Shown: positions 1-13,337 of the stretch, piece by piece
How positions within the stretch are numbered: the first letter of the stretch is position 1
Layout: each line of letters starts with the position of its first letter
Origin: Promethearchaeota archaeon
GTDB taxonomy: Archaea; Asgardarchaeota; Lokiarchaeia; Sigyniarchaeales; SOKP01
DNA length: 64,000 nucleotides
Reading direction: 5' to 3'
Assembly: GCA_016840085.1 (NCBI GenBank)
Contig: JAEOTA010000022.1
Coordinates: 75,211-139,210 of the forward strand
Notes under the pieces: model-generated
What the model saw: only the letters and a program-made list of their open reading frames with translations
Told to the model about the DNA's origin: nothing
Database searches by the model: none
Made by a program: the position numbers and the translations under genes

Positions 1-105
1 TAATACTCCACTTTCATTTTATTTATCTAAACCCTTATATTTATTATTTTAAACTTTATTATATCATTAATAGTTCTAAATAGATTTATAATTTTTATGG
101 TATTT

Positions 106-789
106 TTACATTAATTTTTCAATTACATTAATTAATTTTGAGGGGATTTCCTCTAATTCGATTATTTCTTCTGCTTTATTAAAAGATTCTTGATCAAACA
201 AACCAGCAACATTAGTATTTAAAGCTATTGAGTGAGCCCCAACATTGATAGCTGCTTCAATATCACGGCTAGTGTCTCCAATTACTAAAATTTCGTTAGT
301 TTTTACATTTAGTTGATTACAAATGTAATTTAAATGATCAGGATGAGGTTTTAGATTAGAGACATTATCTCTTCCCACAATTAGATCAAAATATTGTGAT
401 ATATTTACCTTTTTAAGTGAGATCTCTGCATTTTTTTTTGTATTAAATGTAAAAATTGCTTGTTTTAGATTTTTAATCCTCGCAAACTCTAAAACTTCAT
501 CGATACCATTTATAAGGGTAGCATTTAATGCAGCTTCATGTTCTATTTTAATGATCTCATTATCTACTTCTGCTATTATTTTTTTTATTTTTTCTTCAGA
601 AAAACTATTCCTTTCAAAATATTCCCTTGAAAGTCTCACATTTTCCAAAATTGAACTTTTTACAGTAAGAAAATGTTTCGGAACACCAGAATTTTTCAAT
701 ATTTTGATAGCTATTTTGCGTGCTCTTAAGTAGTCAATTTTAAAATGAATGAGGGTGCCATCTAAGTCCCAAATAATTGCACTTATCAT
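106..789 (-). CDS. HAD-superfamily hydrolase (phosphoglycolate phosphatase-like)
   Basis: Motif I WDLDGTL, KPHP, and motif IV IGDTSRDIEAA. Confidence 0.9.
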   Translation of the reverse strand: MISAIIWDLDGTLIHFKIDYLRARKIAIKILKNSGVPKHFLTVKSSILENVRLSREYFERNSFSEEKIKKIIAEVDNEIIKIEHEAALNATLINGIDEVLEFARIKNLKQAIFTFNTKKNAEISLKKVNISQYFDLIVGRDNVSNLKPHPDHLNYICNQLNVKTNEILVIGDTSRDIEAAINVGAHSIALNTNVAGLFDQESFNKAEEIIELEEIPSKLINVIEKLM

Positions 790-798
790 AGGTTTCAG

Positions 799-1371
799 TT
801 AAAAAATTAAATCTGTATATATAGGTCCTTTTGGGGTTAATTCTGATTTTTTAAGTCTGATTTGGTCAATATTGAATTCTCCAAATTCTTTTTTTTTATT
901 CTCTTCTATTATTTTCTTAAAAGAATCAAAAGTTTTGTAATTGATCCTACCTTTCCTCAGCCTTCCAATAGTTAAGTGTGGTTTAAATTGGGTTCTTTTA
1001 TCCCGATCAATTTTTAATCTTTCAAATAATAAATCTTCGACAGTATCTTTAATGTTTTGTAAGAATTGAATGTCACCAATAAGTTTTACCCATAAAACTG
1101 AAAATCTATTGAATTGACCAACACCTTTTAAATAATATGTGAATGTTTTCTCATGAAAGTAAGATTCGTTGACTTCTTTTTGTAATATATTATAGATTTT
1201 AGGTGCTAAGTTCTCAGAAATATTCCCTAAGAACTTTACTGTCATATGTAAATTTATAGGTTCGACTATTTTGAGTTTTGGTTGATTTTTTTTTAGACGA
1301 GAAGTAAAAGTAGTAATATTTTCAATAGTTTGTTTATCTTTTAATTCAAGTGCTATGAATGATCTTATCAT
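799..1371 (-). CDS. thpR: RNA 2',3'-cyclic phosphodiesterase (2H family, 2'-5' RNA ligase-like)
   Basis: RSFIAL start, two HxT motifs (LHMTVKFLG, PHLTIGR), and C-terminal SELTPKGPIY. Confidence 0.92.
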   Translation of the reverse strand: MIRSFIALELKDKQTIENITTFTSRLKKNQPKLKIVEPINLHMTVKFLGNISENLAPKIYNILQKEVNESYFHEKTFTYYLKGVGQFNRFSVLWVKLIGDIQFLQNIKDTVEDLLFERLKIDRDKRTQFKPHLTIGRLRKGRINYKTFDSFKKIIEENKKKEFGEFNIDQIRLKKSELTPKGPIYTDLIF

Positions 1372-2522
1372 TTTTTATCCCAATATTCAAAAATCCTCCA
1401 TTTTTTATTATTTAATTGTTTTTGATGATCTGGAATAATGTGAATTTCATTAAGATCATCCAGAGAAGATGACTGTATAATTTTTATTATATCTTGTAGG
1501 AACATTATATTCATTTCACCCCGTGTATCTGCATCAGCGGAAGCATTATGAGGAATTAAAAGCATCCTGATTTCTGGATTAATTTCTTTAATTTTTTTTA
1601 ATCGGTCAAGTGATCTGGGATCAATTGGTTCTACTGGAAAAACATCAAAAGCGATATTTATTTGAAGTTCCTTAGTTTCAAGCATATCAAGTAAAGCATC
1701 TAAATCCAACAGTTGACCTCGAGCTGTATTTATTAATAAAGCATTTTTCTTCATTAATTTTAATAAATCTCGATTTACTAATTTTTCTGTGGACGTATTT
1801 AATGGAATATGTAAAGTGATGATATCTGATTCTTTAAATACCTCCTTAATGTTTTCTTTAAACTCGATTAAAGGAAATTCTTTTTCAAATTCTTTCATTT
1901 GTATAATATCATAATAAAGAATTTTAATATCCCAAGGATATAGTTTCTTAACCAATTCTTTCCCTATTTCTCCCAATCCTATGATGCCAAGAACTTTATT
2001 TGTAATTACTGAAGATAATGATTGATCTAAATCCCATTTATTATCAGTAGTCCATTTCTCTTCCCAAACATAAGTATGAAGATCAATTAGATTTCTTAAA
2101 TTTGCCATAATTATTGCTATAGTATAATCTGCGACAGTTTCCTGAAGAACTCCTGGGGTATGAGTGATTAAAATATCATCTTTTTTAGTTCTTTGAATAT
2201 GATTATATCCTGCTGTTGATGTAGAAATAGTAAAGATAGTTGATTTTTCTAAAATTTCTGAAGAGATTAGATGACTAAGATGGCACCCGAGAATGTCTGG
2301 GTTGAAACTTTTAATATCATCTTTTATTTCTTCTTCTGAAGGGAATCTCCCATTAAAAATCTTTAATTCTGAGATTTTATTTAATTCATTCCAAAGATTT
2401 CTTATAGTTTGACGAGAATTTTCAGAAATTTTTTCATTAGAGCCAATTTCCTCGGCGGAGAACACATTAGAGGTTAAATATACTTTAGGGGTAAAAGTCA
2501 TTTCCGTATTAAGTAGTATCAA
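1368..2522 (-). CDS. D-isomer-specific 2-hydroxyacid dehydrogenase (glyoxylate reductase-like); true start may be the ATG at 2501
   Basis: GIIGLGEIG Rossmann motif, INTARG, DVFPVEP, PHNAS. Confidence 0.88.
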   Translation of the reverse strand: MILLNTEMTFTPKVYLTSNVFSAEEIGSNEKISENSRQTIRNLWNELNKISELKIFNGRFPSEEEIKDDIKSFNPDILGCHLSHLISSEILEKSTIFTISTSTAGYNHIQRTKKDDILITHTPGVLQETVADYTIAIIMANLRNLIDLHTYVWEEKWTTDNKWDLDQSLSSVITNKVLGIIGLGEIGKELVKKLYPWDIKILYYDIIQMKEFEKEFPLIEFKENIKEVFKESDIITLHIPLNTSTEKLVNRDLLKLMKKNALLINTARGQLLDLDALLDMLETKELQINIAFDVFPVEPIDPRSLDRLKKIKEINPEIRMLLIPHNASADADTRGEMNIMFLQDIIKIIQSSSLDDLNEIHIIPDHQKQLNNKKWRIFEYWDKK

Positions 2523-2630
2523 TCATTTGAATTTTATAATTATAAGAATCTATTTGTATTTTTTGCTAATTATCAAGATTTATTAAAATAAAATATAATT
2601 TATTATTAAAAAGCAAAGTAGTGGTAGAAA

Positions 2631-2786
2631 ATGACAAAAGTGAAATGTCAACAATGTGGAAAAGAAATTATTGGAGGAGTAAAAGTTCAGCATTTCGATT
2701 TTGATGAACCTACCACTATTCATGTCTTTTGTTCAGAAGAGTGCAAAAGTAAATGGATCTCAACAGAAGAAAAAAAGAAGAAGTAA
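2631..2786 (+). CDS. 51-aa TRASH-type (CxxC...FCSxxC) metal-binding protein, not in the ORF track
   Basis: Translated by hand: MTKVKCQQCGKEIIGGVKVQHFDFDEPTTIHVFCSEECKSKWISTEEKKKK; fills an otherwise empty gap. Confidence 0.8.
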   Translation: MTKVKCQQCGKEIIGGVKVQHFDFDEPTTIHVFCSEECKSKWISTEEKKKK

Positions 2787-2799
2787 TTATTCTGATAGA

Positions 2800-3762
2800 T
2801 TATCTTTCAATTTTACCTGGAAGATAATAGTCATATTTTTTTCTCAGTAATTTGGTCTTTATAAACCTATCAAATAATCTCATTCTTTGGTAAAGTTCCC
2901 AAATGAATTTATCAGATTTATAATATTTCTCAATTTCTTTTATATTTAAATGTTCTATATTAAAATCACTAGCTTCTTCCTCCAAAAATTTATTAACAGT
3001 TTTTACCAAGGATGGAATGAGCTCTCTTTTTTGCTCTTTGAAGAAATTAGCAACAAGATCTATAATTACTAACCTCCAATCATAATATCTATCAATTAGA
3101 TCTTGAAGAAAAATTGCTTTTAATAATCCTCTTATAAACGATGGCATACTTTTAGTTAATAATTCTATTTCCATTGCTTCAACTCCATTTTTTCGGTAAA
3201 ATGGTGGAACTGTATCTATATAAATTAGTTTTGAATTCTCATCCACTTTAGGATTTTCTGGATCGTAATCAATCACAGCAAAGTTTGAAATTTGACCATC
3301 CAATCCTACATCGAGATTTTTATTTTCTCTATTAAAGCTCCAGACTTTTTTCATTTCATATAGTGCTTTAAGAACTAAGATCATTATATCCTTCTTTCCG
3401 ACTTGATGAATTATTTTACTCCCAACAGACTCAGGTAAAAGTTTTTCTTGTACAGCATAAAAAATAATTTTTCCTTCGTCATCCTCAAACCATACAATAT
3501 CAAGAGGAGGAGTTTTAATATTTAACTCTTCATTTAGAATTCTATTATATTCTCGAAAAATTTTTTCATGCTTTCGGGCTTGTTCATGAGTCTCAAAAAT
3601 AGGTAATCTTTTATAAGCATAATTTTGAGGGTCATTAATTATTTCAAAAACTAACGTTATCTCTCCATAACCGAGAACTTTAATAGGAACTTTACCTCTT
3701 TCTGGATGGACAGTATCAATTGTTCTTTCTAATTCCTTTAATAAATCAATATCAATTTTCAT
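2800..3762 (-). CDS. Hypothetical protein with kinase-like motifs (DUF6206-like)
   Basis: LGYGEI Gly-rich loop, AYKR Lys, LDGQISNF catalytic-loop-like segment, YIDT; family name from recall. Confidence 0.6.
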   Translation of the reverse strand: MKIDIDLLKELERTIDTVHPERGKVPIKVLGYGEITLVFEIINDPQNYAYKRLPIFETHEQARKHEKIFREYNRILNEELNIKTPPLDIVWFEDDEGKIIFYAVQEKLLPESVGSKIIHQVGKKDIMILVLKALYEMKKVWSFNRENKNLDVGLDGQISNFAVIDYDPENPKVDENSKLIYIDTVPPFYRKNGVEAMEIELLTKSMPSFIRGLLKAIFLQDLIDRYYDWRLVIIDLVANFFKEQKRELIPSLVKTVNKFLEEEASDFNIEHLNIKEIEKYYKSDKFIWELYQRMRLFDRFIKTKLLRKKYDYYLPGKIER

Positions 3763-3908
3763 AATTAATCAATAAGATTGAAAAAGATTAAATATATTTA
3801 ATTTAACATTAATTTTTTTTAATTTTATATAATTTGTTCTTTTCACATAGTAGTGAAAAAATATATTTTTTTTCTAGGTTTAGAGAGTTTCACAGAATAC
3901 ACGCAAGA

Positions 3909-5393
3909 TTAAATGTAAATTTCTTTTCTATCAAGGATAATTCTTACTAACTCTCCCCTATCTGATTTTTTTAACCTTTTTAAATAATTTTCCAACTGGC
4001 CACGTGTATGATAAGGACCACCTTCTCCTAAAACAGTTTCCATAGGATCTATTGTAGATGTTGATTTACCCATCATTTCTTTGTGCCAAGAATTGAGTAA
4101 GCTTAATCCTTTTTGTATAATTTCAGGTTTTTCGTCTGCGAGATTATTAAGCATATGAAAATCTTTTTCATAATCAAAAAGCATAATTTCAGGAAAATTT
4201 TTTAGTCCTGTATGATAGGTCTTGATAAGCGTCCAGTTTTTAAATCTTACAGTCCGCTGACAGCTCCATGCATTCTGACTAATAACAAGAAATTCTCTTC
4301 CATATTTCTCGTTATTATCAATCTTATTTAGGAAACTTTTTCCGTCCCAGATTTCAGGCACTTTTAATCCAACCTCCTCTACAATTGAGGCAGCTATATC
4401 TGTTTGGTATATTAATGAATTTTCTTCCTTATTCCATTTTTTATTTGGCCATTTTATTATCATAGGAACCCTATTAGTTATATGACAAGCAGTTGCATGA
4501 TCCCCATAAATATTTAATTCTCCTTGATTTTCGCCATGATCTCCACTAACAATTATTAACATATCATCATAAATACCAAGATTTTTCAGTATATTTATAA
4601 TTTTACCGATATAATCATCAGAATATCTGATTCCAACATCATAACCATCAACCCATTGTTTAAAATCGTCTAAATTTCTTATTTCCTTAAGGTTTTCTAA
4701 TCTAGAAAACGATTTAGATGGAATTTGTGATGTAAATCCATGTAGTTCACAGGCAGAATGGGGTCCATAGCTTTTTCTATGATTATTTATTATTTCTTGA
4801 GTTATCCATAAAGGTGGTGACTCATTCTTAAAAGGATTTCCATAAGACATAGGTGTTCGGTAAGGAGTGTGTGGATCCCAAAAATTTATGTGTAAAAACC
4901 AATTTTTCCTAAGTGCATTTTGATTTAACCATTTTTCTACATAAGGAAAAATTTGATCTGCTCTTTCAAACCCACCCCATCCAGGATTATATATTTCTCT
5001 CCATCCAGAATAAAACCAGAAAGCAGAATGTCTTTCAGCATATGGGGAAATTGAGACGGGATAAATTCTTGCTCTTCTAAGTAGACTAACCCAGCTTTGG
5101 TTTAGAAGTTGATCTTGAAATTCTCGTTTTTTTCCAGTTAATCTTAAATCTGCTGCTGTTCCACCATGCCCTACTATTCCTGTATGTATACCAAAACGCC
5201 CTGTAAAAAGGGAAGCTCTAGAAGGTAAACAGGGTGCATCTGAAACATAACAATTGGTAAATATAGTACCATCTTTTGCTATGCTATCAATATTTGGAGA
5301 TGTATTTCGATGATAACCATAACATCCTAAATGATCTGGTCTTAATGTATCAATATCAATATAGAGAATTCTCATGTTCTTAACATAAAGCAA
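3909..5393 (-). CDS. Formylglycine-dependent sulfatase
   Basis: DTLRPDHLG, CLPSRASLFTG (CxPxR), DPHTPY, GDHGE. Confidence 0.93.
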   Translation of the reverse strand: MLYVKNMRILYIDIDTLRPDHLGCYGYHRNTSPNIDSIAKDGTIFTNCYVSDAPCLPSRASLFTGRFGIHTGIVGHGGTAADLRLTGKKREFQDQLLNQSWVSLLRRARIYPVSISPYAERHSAFWFYSGWREIYNPGWGGFERADQIFPYVEKWLNQNALRKNWFLHINFWDPHTPYRTPMSYGNPFKNESPPLWITQEIINNHRKSYGPHSACELHGFTSQIPSKSFSRLENLKEIRNLDDFKQWVDGYDVGIRYSDDYIGKIINILKNLGIYDDMLIIVSGDHGENQGELNIYGDHATACHITNRVPMIIKWPNKKWNKEENSLIYQTDIAASIVEEVGLKVPEIWDGKSFLNKIDNNEKYGREFLVISQNAWSCQRTVRFKNWTLIKTYHTGLKNFPEIMLFDYEKDFHMLNNLADEKPEIIQKGLSLLNSWHKEMMGKSTSTIDPMETVLGEGGPYHTRGQLENYLKRLKKSDRGELVRIILDRKEIYI

Positions 5394-5443
5394 ATTGTTT
5401 TTTAAGTTTTTTAGATTTTAATCCACAATTTAAGAATATTTAA

Positions 5444-8611
<3,168 letters not shown>

Positions 8612-8690
8612 TCACTATTTAACAATGTTATTATATTAAATTATATTTACAATTATATTTGGATACTTTTTTAAGGAATTTGGTGTTTAA

Positions 8691-9506
8691 ATGGCTCGTC
8701 CTCTATGGTTTGTTAAATTATTAAAAAAAACATTTCCAAATGTAAAATTTATTGCCAAATTGACGAATTTCCCAATCTTAGGCACTATTTTTGATCATCT
8801 CCTTTTTAAAGGCGATGATATTATTTATCTCCCTCAAGATAATGTAATTGATGTTAATAAACCAATAGGAGAATATCAAGAATATGTTTTGCCATCTCAG
8901 GTGTTAGAATATTTTATTAATAAAGCTAACCATCACTGGATCATGAATTTCTGTATTTGTCGGTCAAGCATGAATTGCAAAGACTATCCTAAAGATTTAG
9001 GGTGTTTATTTCTTGGAGATGCTGTTCTTGATATCAATCCGCAATTGGGAAGATTAGCAACTAAAAAAGAAGCCTTAGAGCATTTAAAAAAATGCAGAGA
9101 TGCTGGACTAGTTCACATGATTGGGAGAAATAGATTAGATGCGCAGTGGCTTGGAGTTAGCCCAGGAGAAAAACTTTTGAGTATATGTAATTGTGATCCA
9201 TGTTGCTGTCTCTGGCGTGTATCTTCAATACTAGCCCCAAAAATTGGATCTAAGATTAAAAAAATGCCTGGAGTTATAGTGAAAGTAACTGACAAATGTA
9301 TTGGATGTGGAACATGTTTAAAAGATATATGTTTTGTTAATGCGATAAGTTTAAAGGATAAACACGCATTTATAAGCGACCAATGTAGAGGATGTGGTCG
9401 ATGTGTAAGCATTTGCCCTCAAAATGCAATAGAACTAACAATAGATGATACCCAATATATAAAGAAATCAATACAAGAAATAGATAAAATAATAGATGTT
9501 ACTTAG
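8691..9506 (+). CDS. 4Fe-4S binding protein with C-terminal dicluster ferredoxin domain
   Basis: CICR..C, CNCDPCCC, CIGCGTC...C, CRGCGRCVSICP. Confidence 0.85.
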   Translation: MARPLWFVKLLKKTFPNVKFIAKLTNFPILGTIFDHLLFKGDDIIYLPQDNVIDVNKPIGEYQEYVLPSQVLEYFINKANHHWIMNFCICRSSMNCKDYPKDLGCLFLGDAVLDINPQLGRLATKKEALEHLKKCRDAGLVHMIGRNRLDAQWLGVSPGEKLLSICNCDPCCCLWRVSSILAPKIGSKIKKMPGVIVKVTDKCIGCGTCLKDICFVNAISLKDKHAFISDQCRGCGRCVSICPQNAIELTIDDTQYIKKSIQEIDKIIDVT

Positions 9507-9585
9507 TAAAATTTATTTAAAAATTAAAATTTGTTTCCTTTTATACAAAAAAGTATATTAGGATAGTTGTATATAAATAAAAGCA

Positions 9586-9894
9586 ATGAAAAGAGATAAA
9601 CAAATTTATATTCGCATTACTCTTATTATAATAGGAATCTTAAATCTAATACAAATCCTAATTGCTCTTTTTATTCCAAATTCTCTTTTAAGTTTGGATT
9701 TAGCTGGTGGATTACAAATTATTAATCTCCTCATTATCGATCTACTAATTGCACTTCCCCTATTTATAGTTGCATTTGGCATATTTTCGAAAAATATTAA
9801 AACAAACCTATTCCTCTTATTTAGCGGCATAATTCTTATGATTTTTTACTTTAATTTTACTCTAACACCAAGTATACTAGCACCTTCCTCATAA
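9586..9894 (+). CDS. Small membrane protein (about 3 TM helices), function unknown
   Basis: Three hydrophobic stretches; ATG start in a gap. Confidence 0.55.
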   Translation: MKRDKQIYIRITLIIIGILNLIQILIALFIPNSLLSLDLAGGLQIINLLIIDLLIALPLFIVAFGIFSKNIKTNLFLLFSGIILMIFYFNFTLTPSILAPSS

Positions 9895-10024
9895 TGAAAA
9901 AGACTTCTTGTAGGAGTTTACTATAACTAATGTGTATCAATTACAATTTATTAAATTGCAAAATCCTAAAAAAATTAAGAAATACAAAATAACAGAAGTT
10001 TCTTAAAAATAATAAATCCGTTTT

Positions 10025-11473
10025 TTACTCCCAAAAGATATTTTTTAGTTTTAAATTATCTACTCGAGTTCTTTCTTTTAATGCGGATACTGCTTGAACA
10101 CTTTCTTTAATTGAATGAAAAACAGGTATATTCGCAAGTTCTAATGATTCTATTATCAAGGAATATTTTGGAACATATGGAACAAAACATACAACTGGTT
10201 TATTTTTAGATGCAATAATATTTGCAATTCTTCTTCCAATTTGAAAGGATATATTCGGGGGATAAGGAAGTAAAAGCAAAATGATGCATTCGATTCTTTC
10301 TATATCAGATAAATATCTAATAATGTTCTCAATATCAGTATCTAATACAGAGCCTGTTAAATCAATAGGGTTATTAAAGGATGCAATTTCTGCAGCGATA
10401 GGATTCATAAGATTTTTTAATTTTCTCTTTTCTTGTTGTGAAAATCGAACAGCATTCAAACCATATTTTTTTAATATGTCAGATGCTAACACAGCATGCC
10501 CTCCAGAAACAGACACGATTGCTACATCTCCAAATGTTATAACATTATCACCGAATGGGTTTCTTCGATGGGATAATACATCATATACTTTTAAACAAGT
10601 TAGTAATTCTCGTTCTGAATGCGGTTGAATAATATAATGTTGTCTTAAAGCATCATAAATAATTTTGTAATCTCCTGCTAAACTTGCTGTATGTGATTGA
10701 GTTGCAATTTTTCCTTCTCTTGTTTTTCCTCCAAAAAATACTATTACTGTATCTTCTGATTCTTTTGCTAATTGCAAAAACTTTCTTGCTCTCCCTTCTT
10801 TAAAACCCTCTAAATAAAAGGCTATATTTGATGTTTCTGGATCCACACGGCTAAAGTATTCTAAAAGCATCACCTCATCCACAACAGCCCTATTGCCAAT
10901 TGAAACTGCAGTGGATACACCGATATTTCTTTCATTGAATTTTACAAAAAATTGATCAACCAAGACCCCTCCACTTTGGCTTATAAGCGCTACAGAGCCT
11001 TTTGGTGGTCTTGTAATACGTTCTGTCGGTAGAAATATTGTATCTACAATTGGTGGTGCATATACCCCGAGACAGTTTGGGCCTAATACTGCAATATCGT
11101 TTTCAAATGCGATTTTTTCAAGTTTTTCTTGTCTTTTTTTACCTTTCCCGCCAATTTCAGCGAATCCCCCTCCAATGATTACACTTGAAGGTATTCCCAG
11201 ATCTGCACATTCTTGAATGTATTCTATAGTATCATCTGGTCCAACTGCGATAATTAAAAGATCTGGAATTTCAGGAAGGCGTTCTAACCGTTCATATAAT
11301 TTTATTCCCTCAATTTCTCCTCCTGTTGGATAAATTCCATAAACTTTCACATTCATCTCGTATTGATTTTTTAATAGAACTATCCTACCGGGTGATAAAG
11401 GATTCTTTTTCGAAATTCCTACAACTGCTATTGATTTCGGTTTAAATAATTTCTCTAAATCCATGTTAACCAA
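10025..11473 (-). CDS. ADP-forming acyl-CoA synthetase alpha-subunit-like (CoA-binding)
   Basis: PKSIAVVG, GGFAE, LGPNCLG, SQSGG, phospho-His motif SHTASLAG, NPIDLTG. Confidence 0.88.
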   Translation of the reverse strand: MVNMDLEKLFKPKSIAVVGISKKNPLSPGRIVLLKNQYEMNVKVYGIYPTGGEIEGIKLYERLERLPEIPDLLIIAVGPDDTIEYIQECADLGIPSSVIIGGGFAEIGGKGKKRQEKLEKIAFENDIAVLGPNCLGVYAPPIVDTIFLPTERITRPPKGSVALISQSGGVLVDQFFVKFNERNIGVSTAVSIGNRAVVDEVMLLEYFSRVDPETSNIAFYLEGFKEGRARKFLQLAKESEDTVIVFFGGKTREGKIATQSHTASLAGDYKIIYDALRQHYIIQPHSERELLTCLKVYDVLSHRRNPFGDNVITFGDVAIVSVSGGHAVLASDILKKYGLNAVRFSQQEKRKLKNLMNPIAAEIASFNNPIDLTGSVLDTDIENIIRYLSDIERIECIILLLLPYPPNISFQIGRRIANIIASKNKPVVCFVPYVPKYSLIIESLELANIPVFHSIKESVQAVSALKERTRVDNLKLKNIFWE

Positions 11474-11607
11474 AATAATATATGGTTTTCATTATTGTAT
11501 ATTTGTTAAAAATTTAAGTCATATATATTTTTATTTTAAGTTAGATTAGAAATAGAACTTTAATATAAGAAAATGTTTTAGATTAAGAAAAAAAATGTAG
11601 TTAAATT

Positions 11608-11642
11608 TTTATTAGGAAAAAATAAATAATATCAATTTAAAA
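11608..11642 (+). promoter_or_regulatory. Conserved upstream element, copy 1 (shared by both MFS paralogues)
   Basis: TTTATTAGGAAA...AAATAATATCAATTTAAAA recurs at 13250-13286. Confidence 0.45.
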
Positions 11643-11651
11643 AAAATAAAT

Positions 11652-13061
11652 TTGATTTATATGAGTATTATAGAAAAAAAAGATGAGAGAGAAAAATTTT
11701 CCTATAAAAGGAGTATTTCTTATGGTGTCGGTCAATTATCAGATATAACTGCTTATCAAACATTCACATTCTTAGTATTTACATTTTACTATGCTGTTAT
11801 TGGAATTAATATTATTTCAATTATGGTAGCATTTATAATATGGGCGTTATGGAATAGTTTTAACGATTCTCTAATAGGGTTTGTTTCTGATAGGACCCAT
11901 ACGAAATGGGGTAGACGTATGCCATGGATAATGATCTCACTAGCTCCATTAGCGTTAGTTGTTTTTCTTTTATTTACACCGCCTATTTCGATTGGTATAA
12001 CTAATGAGATTGCAAATTTTGTGTATTTTATGATAATTATTGTAATTTTTGAATTGTTTTTTACGATCTATGATTTAAATTTTACAGCTTTATTTCCAGA
12101 GCTTTTTATAACTGTCGAAGAGAGAACAAAAGGTAATAATATTAGACAGATTTTTGCGATATTAGGGTTAATTATGGCATTTGTCTTACCAGGATTATTT
12201 ATTTCGGATTATTCAGATCCTGCATCACTAAGAGAATACCAAATTTTTGGGATTATCGTTGCTATAATAATCATTATCCCCGGACTTATCTTTTTGAAAT
12301 TTTCTCCAAGAGAGAAAGCAGAATTTCGAGAAGATTATAAAAATGCTCCAAATTTTATTGAATCTGTTAAAATCTGCGTAAAAAATAAGTCTTTTGCTTG
12401 GTATATCCCTGCTGAAGTTGCAAATTGGTTTGTTTATGGTATGCTACCTGCAATTGTACCTCTATATGGGAAATATGTCTTAAATATTACAGATACATTG
12501 CTTTTATCTTTATTATTAGGAATTGCTTTTATCTCCGCGGCTATTTTTATGACAATATTATGGAAACCTTTGGTCCAAAAAATTGGTCCAAGAAAATCTT
12601 GGTTGATATCAATGTCAATCTGGGCAATAATACTATTTTTCCTTATGGTAATTGGAGATCCAATCTCTGGAATGATAGTATTTTTTCTGATGGGTATTGG
12701 CTTGTCTGGTTCCTTATACATTATTGATATAATCATTTCTGATATTATTGATGAGGATGAAGTTAATACAGGAACTCGTAGAGAAGGTGCATATTATGGA
12801 GTCAATATGTTCCTTATGCATTTATCCACTGTAGTAGTGTTTTTAGTTATTGGTCCAGTATTTCTCATCTCTAATTGGTATGAATTTAATCCTGCTGACG
12901 TTCCAATTTCAAGTCTCCGAATTTTAATTTCAATCTTTCCGATAATTGCGTTGCTAATTGGTATTTTTGTTATCTACAAATATCCTTTAGATGGGGCACG
13001 ATTAAAAAAAGTTAAGGAACAATGTGAAAAATTGCACAAAGAAAAGAAATCAAAATTATAA
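11652..13061 (+). CDS. MFS transporter, glycoside-pentoside-hexuronide (MelB-like) family
   Basis: NDxLIGFVSDRTHTKWGRRMPW, DEDEVNTGTRREGAYYG, about 12 TM. Confidence 0.92.
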   Translation: MIYMSIIEKKDEREKFSYKRSISYGVGQLSDITAYQTFTFLVFTFYYAVIGINIISIMVAFIIWALWNSFNDSLIGFVSDRTHTKWGRRMPWIMISLAPLALVVFLLFTPPISIGITNEIANFVYFMIIIVIFELFFTIYDLNFTALFPELFITVEERTKGNNIRQIFAILGLIMAFVLPGLFISDYSDPASLREYQIFGIIVAIIIIIPGLIFLKFSPREKAEFREDYKNAPNFIESVKICVKNKSFAWYIPAEVANWFVYGMLPAIVPLYGKYVLNITDTLLLSLLLGIAFISAAIFMTILWKPLVQKIGPRKSWLISMSIWAIILFFLMVIGDPISGMIVFFLMGIGLSGSLYIIDIIISDIIDEDEVNTGTRREGAYYGVNMFLMHLSTVVVFLVIGPVFLISNWYEFNPADVPISSLRILISIFPIIALLIGIFVIYKYPLDGARLKKVKEQCEKLHKEKKSKL

Positions 13062-13249
13062 TTCTATATTCCTTTTTCTAATATATTTTAACACGTTTGC
13101 CACTTTTAGTCTAATTAGCTAGAATCTTAAAGATATATTTATCTTTCTTTTTACATACAAATCTATATTATCTTATCGAAAATAAAATGAATAAATCCAC
13201 AAATTAAGTATTTTATTTTGATTTCCTAGGTTTATTTAAGATTAATATA

Positions 13250-13286
13250 TTTATTAGGAAAGAAAGAGAAATATTATCAATTTAAA
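13250..13286 (+). promoter_or_regulatory. Conserved upstream element, copy 2
   Basis: TTTATTAGGAAA...AAATATTATCAATTTAAAA. Confidence 0.45.
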
Positions 13287-13337
13287 ATTATATCAAAATT
13301 TTAAATATTAAAAAAATATTAAGAGAAAGAAATAATT

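Noticed and set aside
9895-10010. Possible continuation of the 9586 membrane ORF past its stop
   Set aside because: Multiple stops, with no recognisable homology or structure
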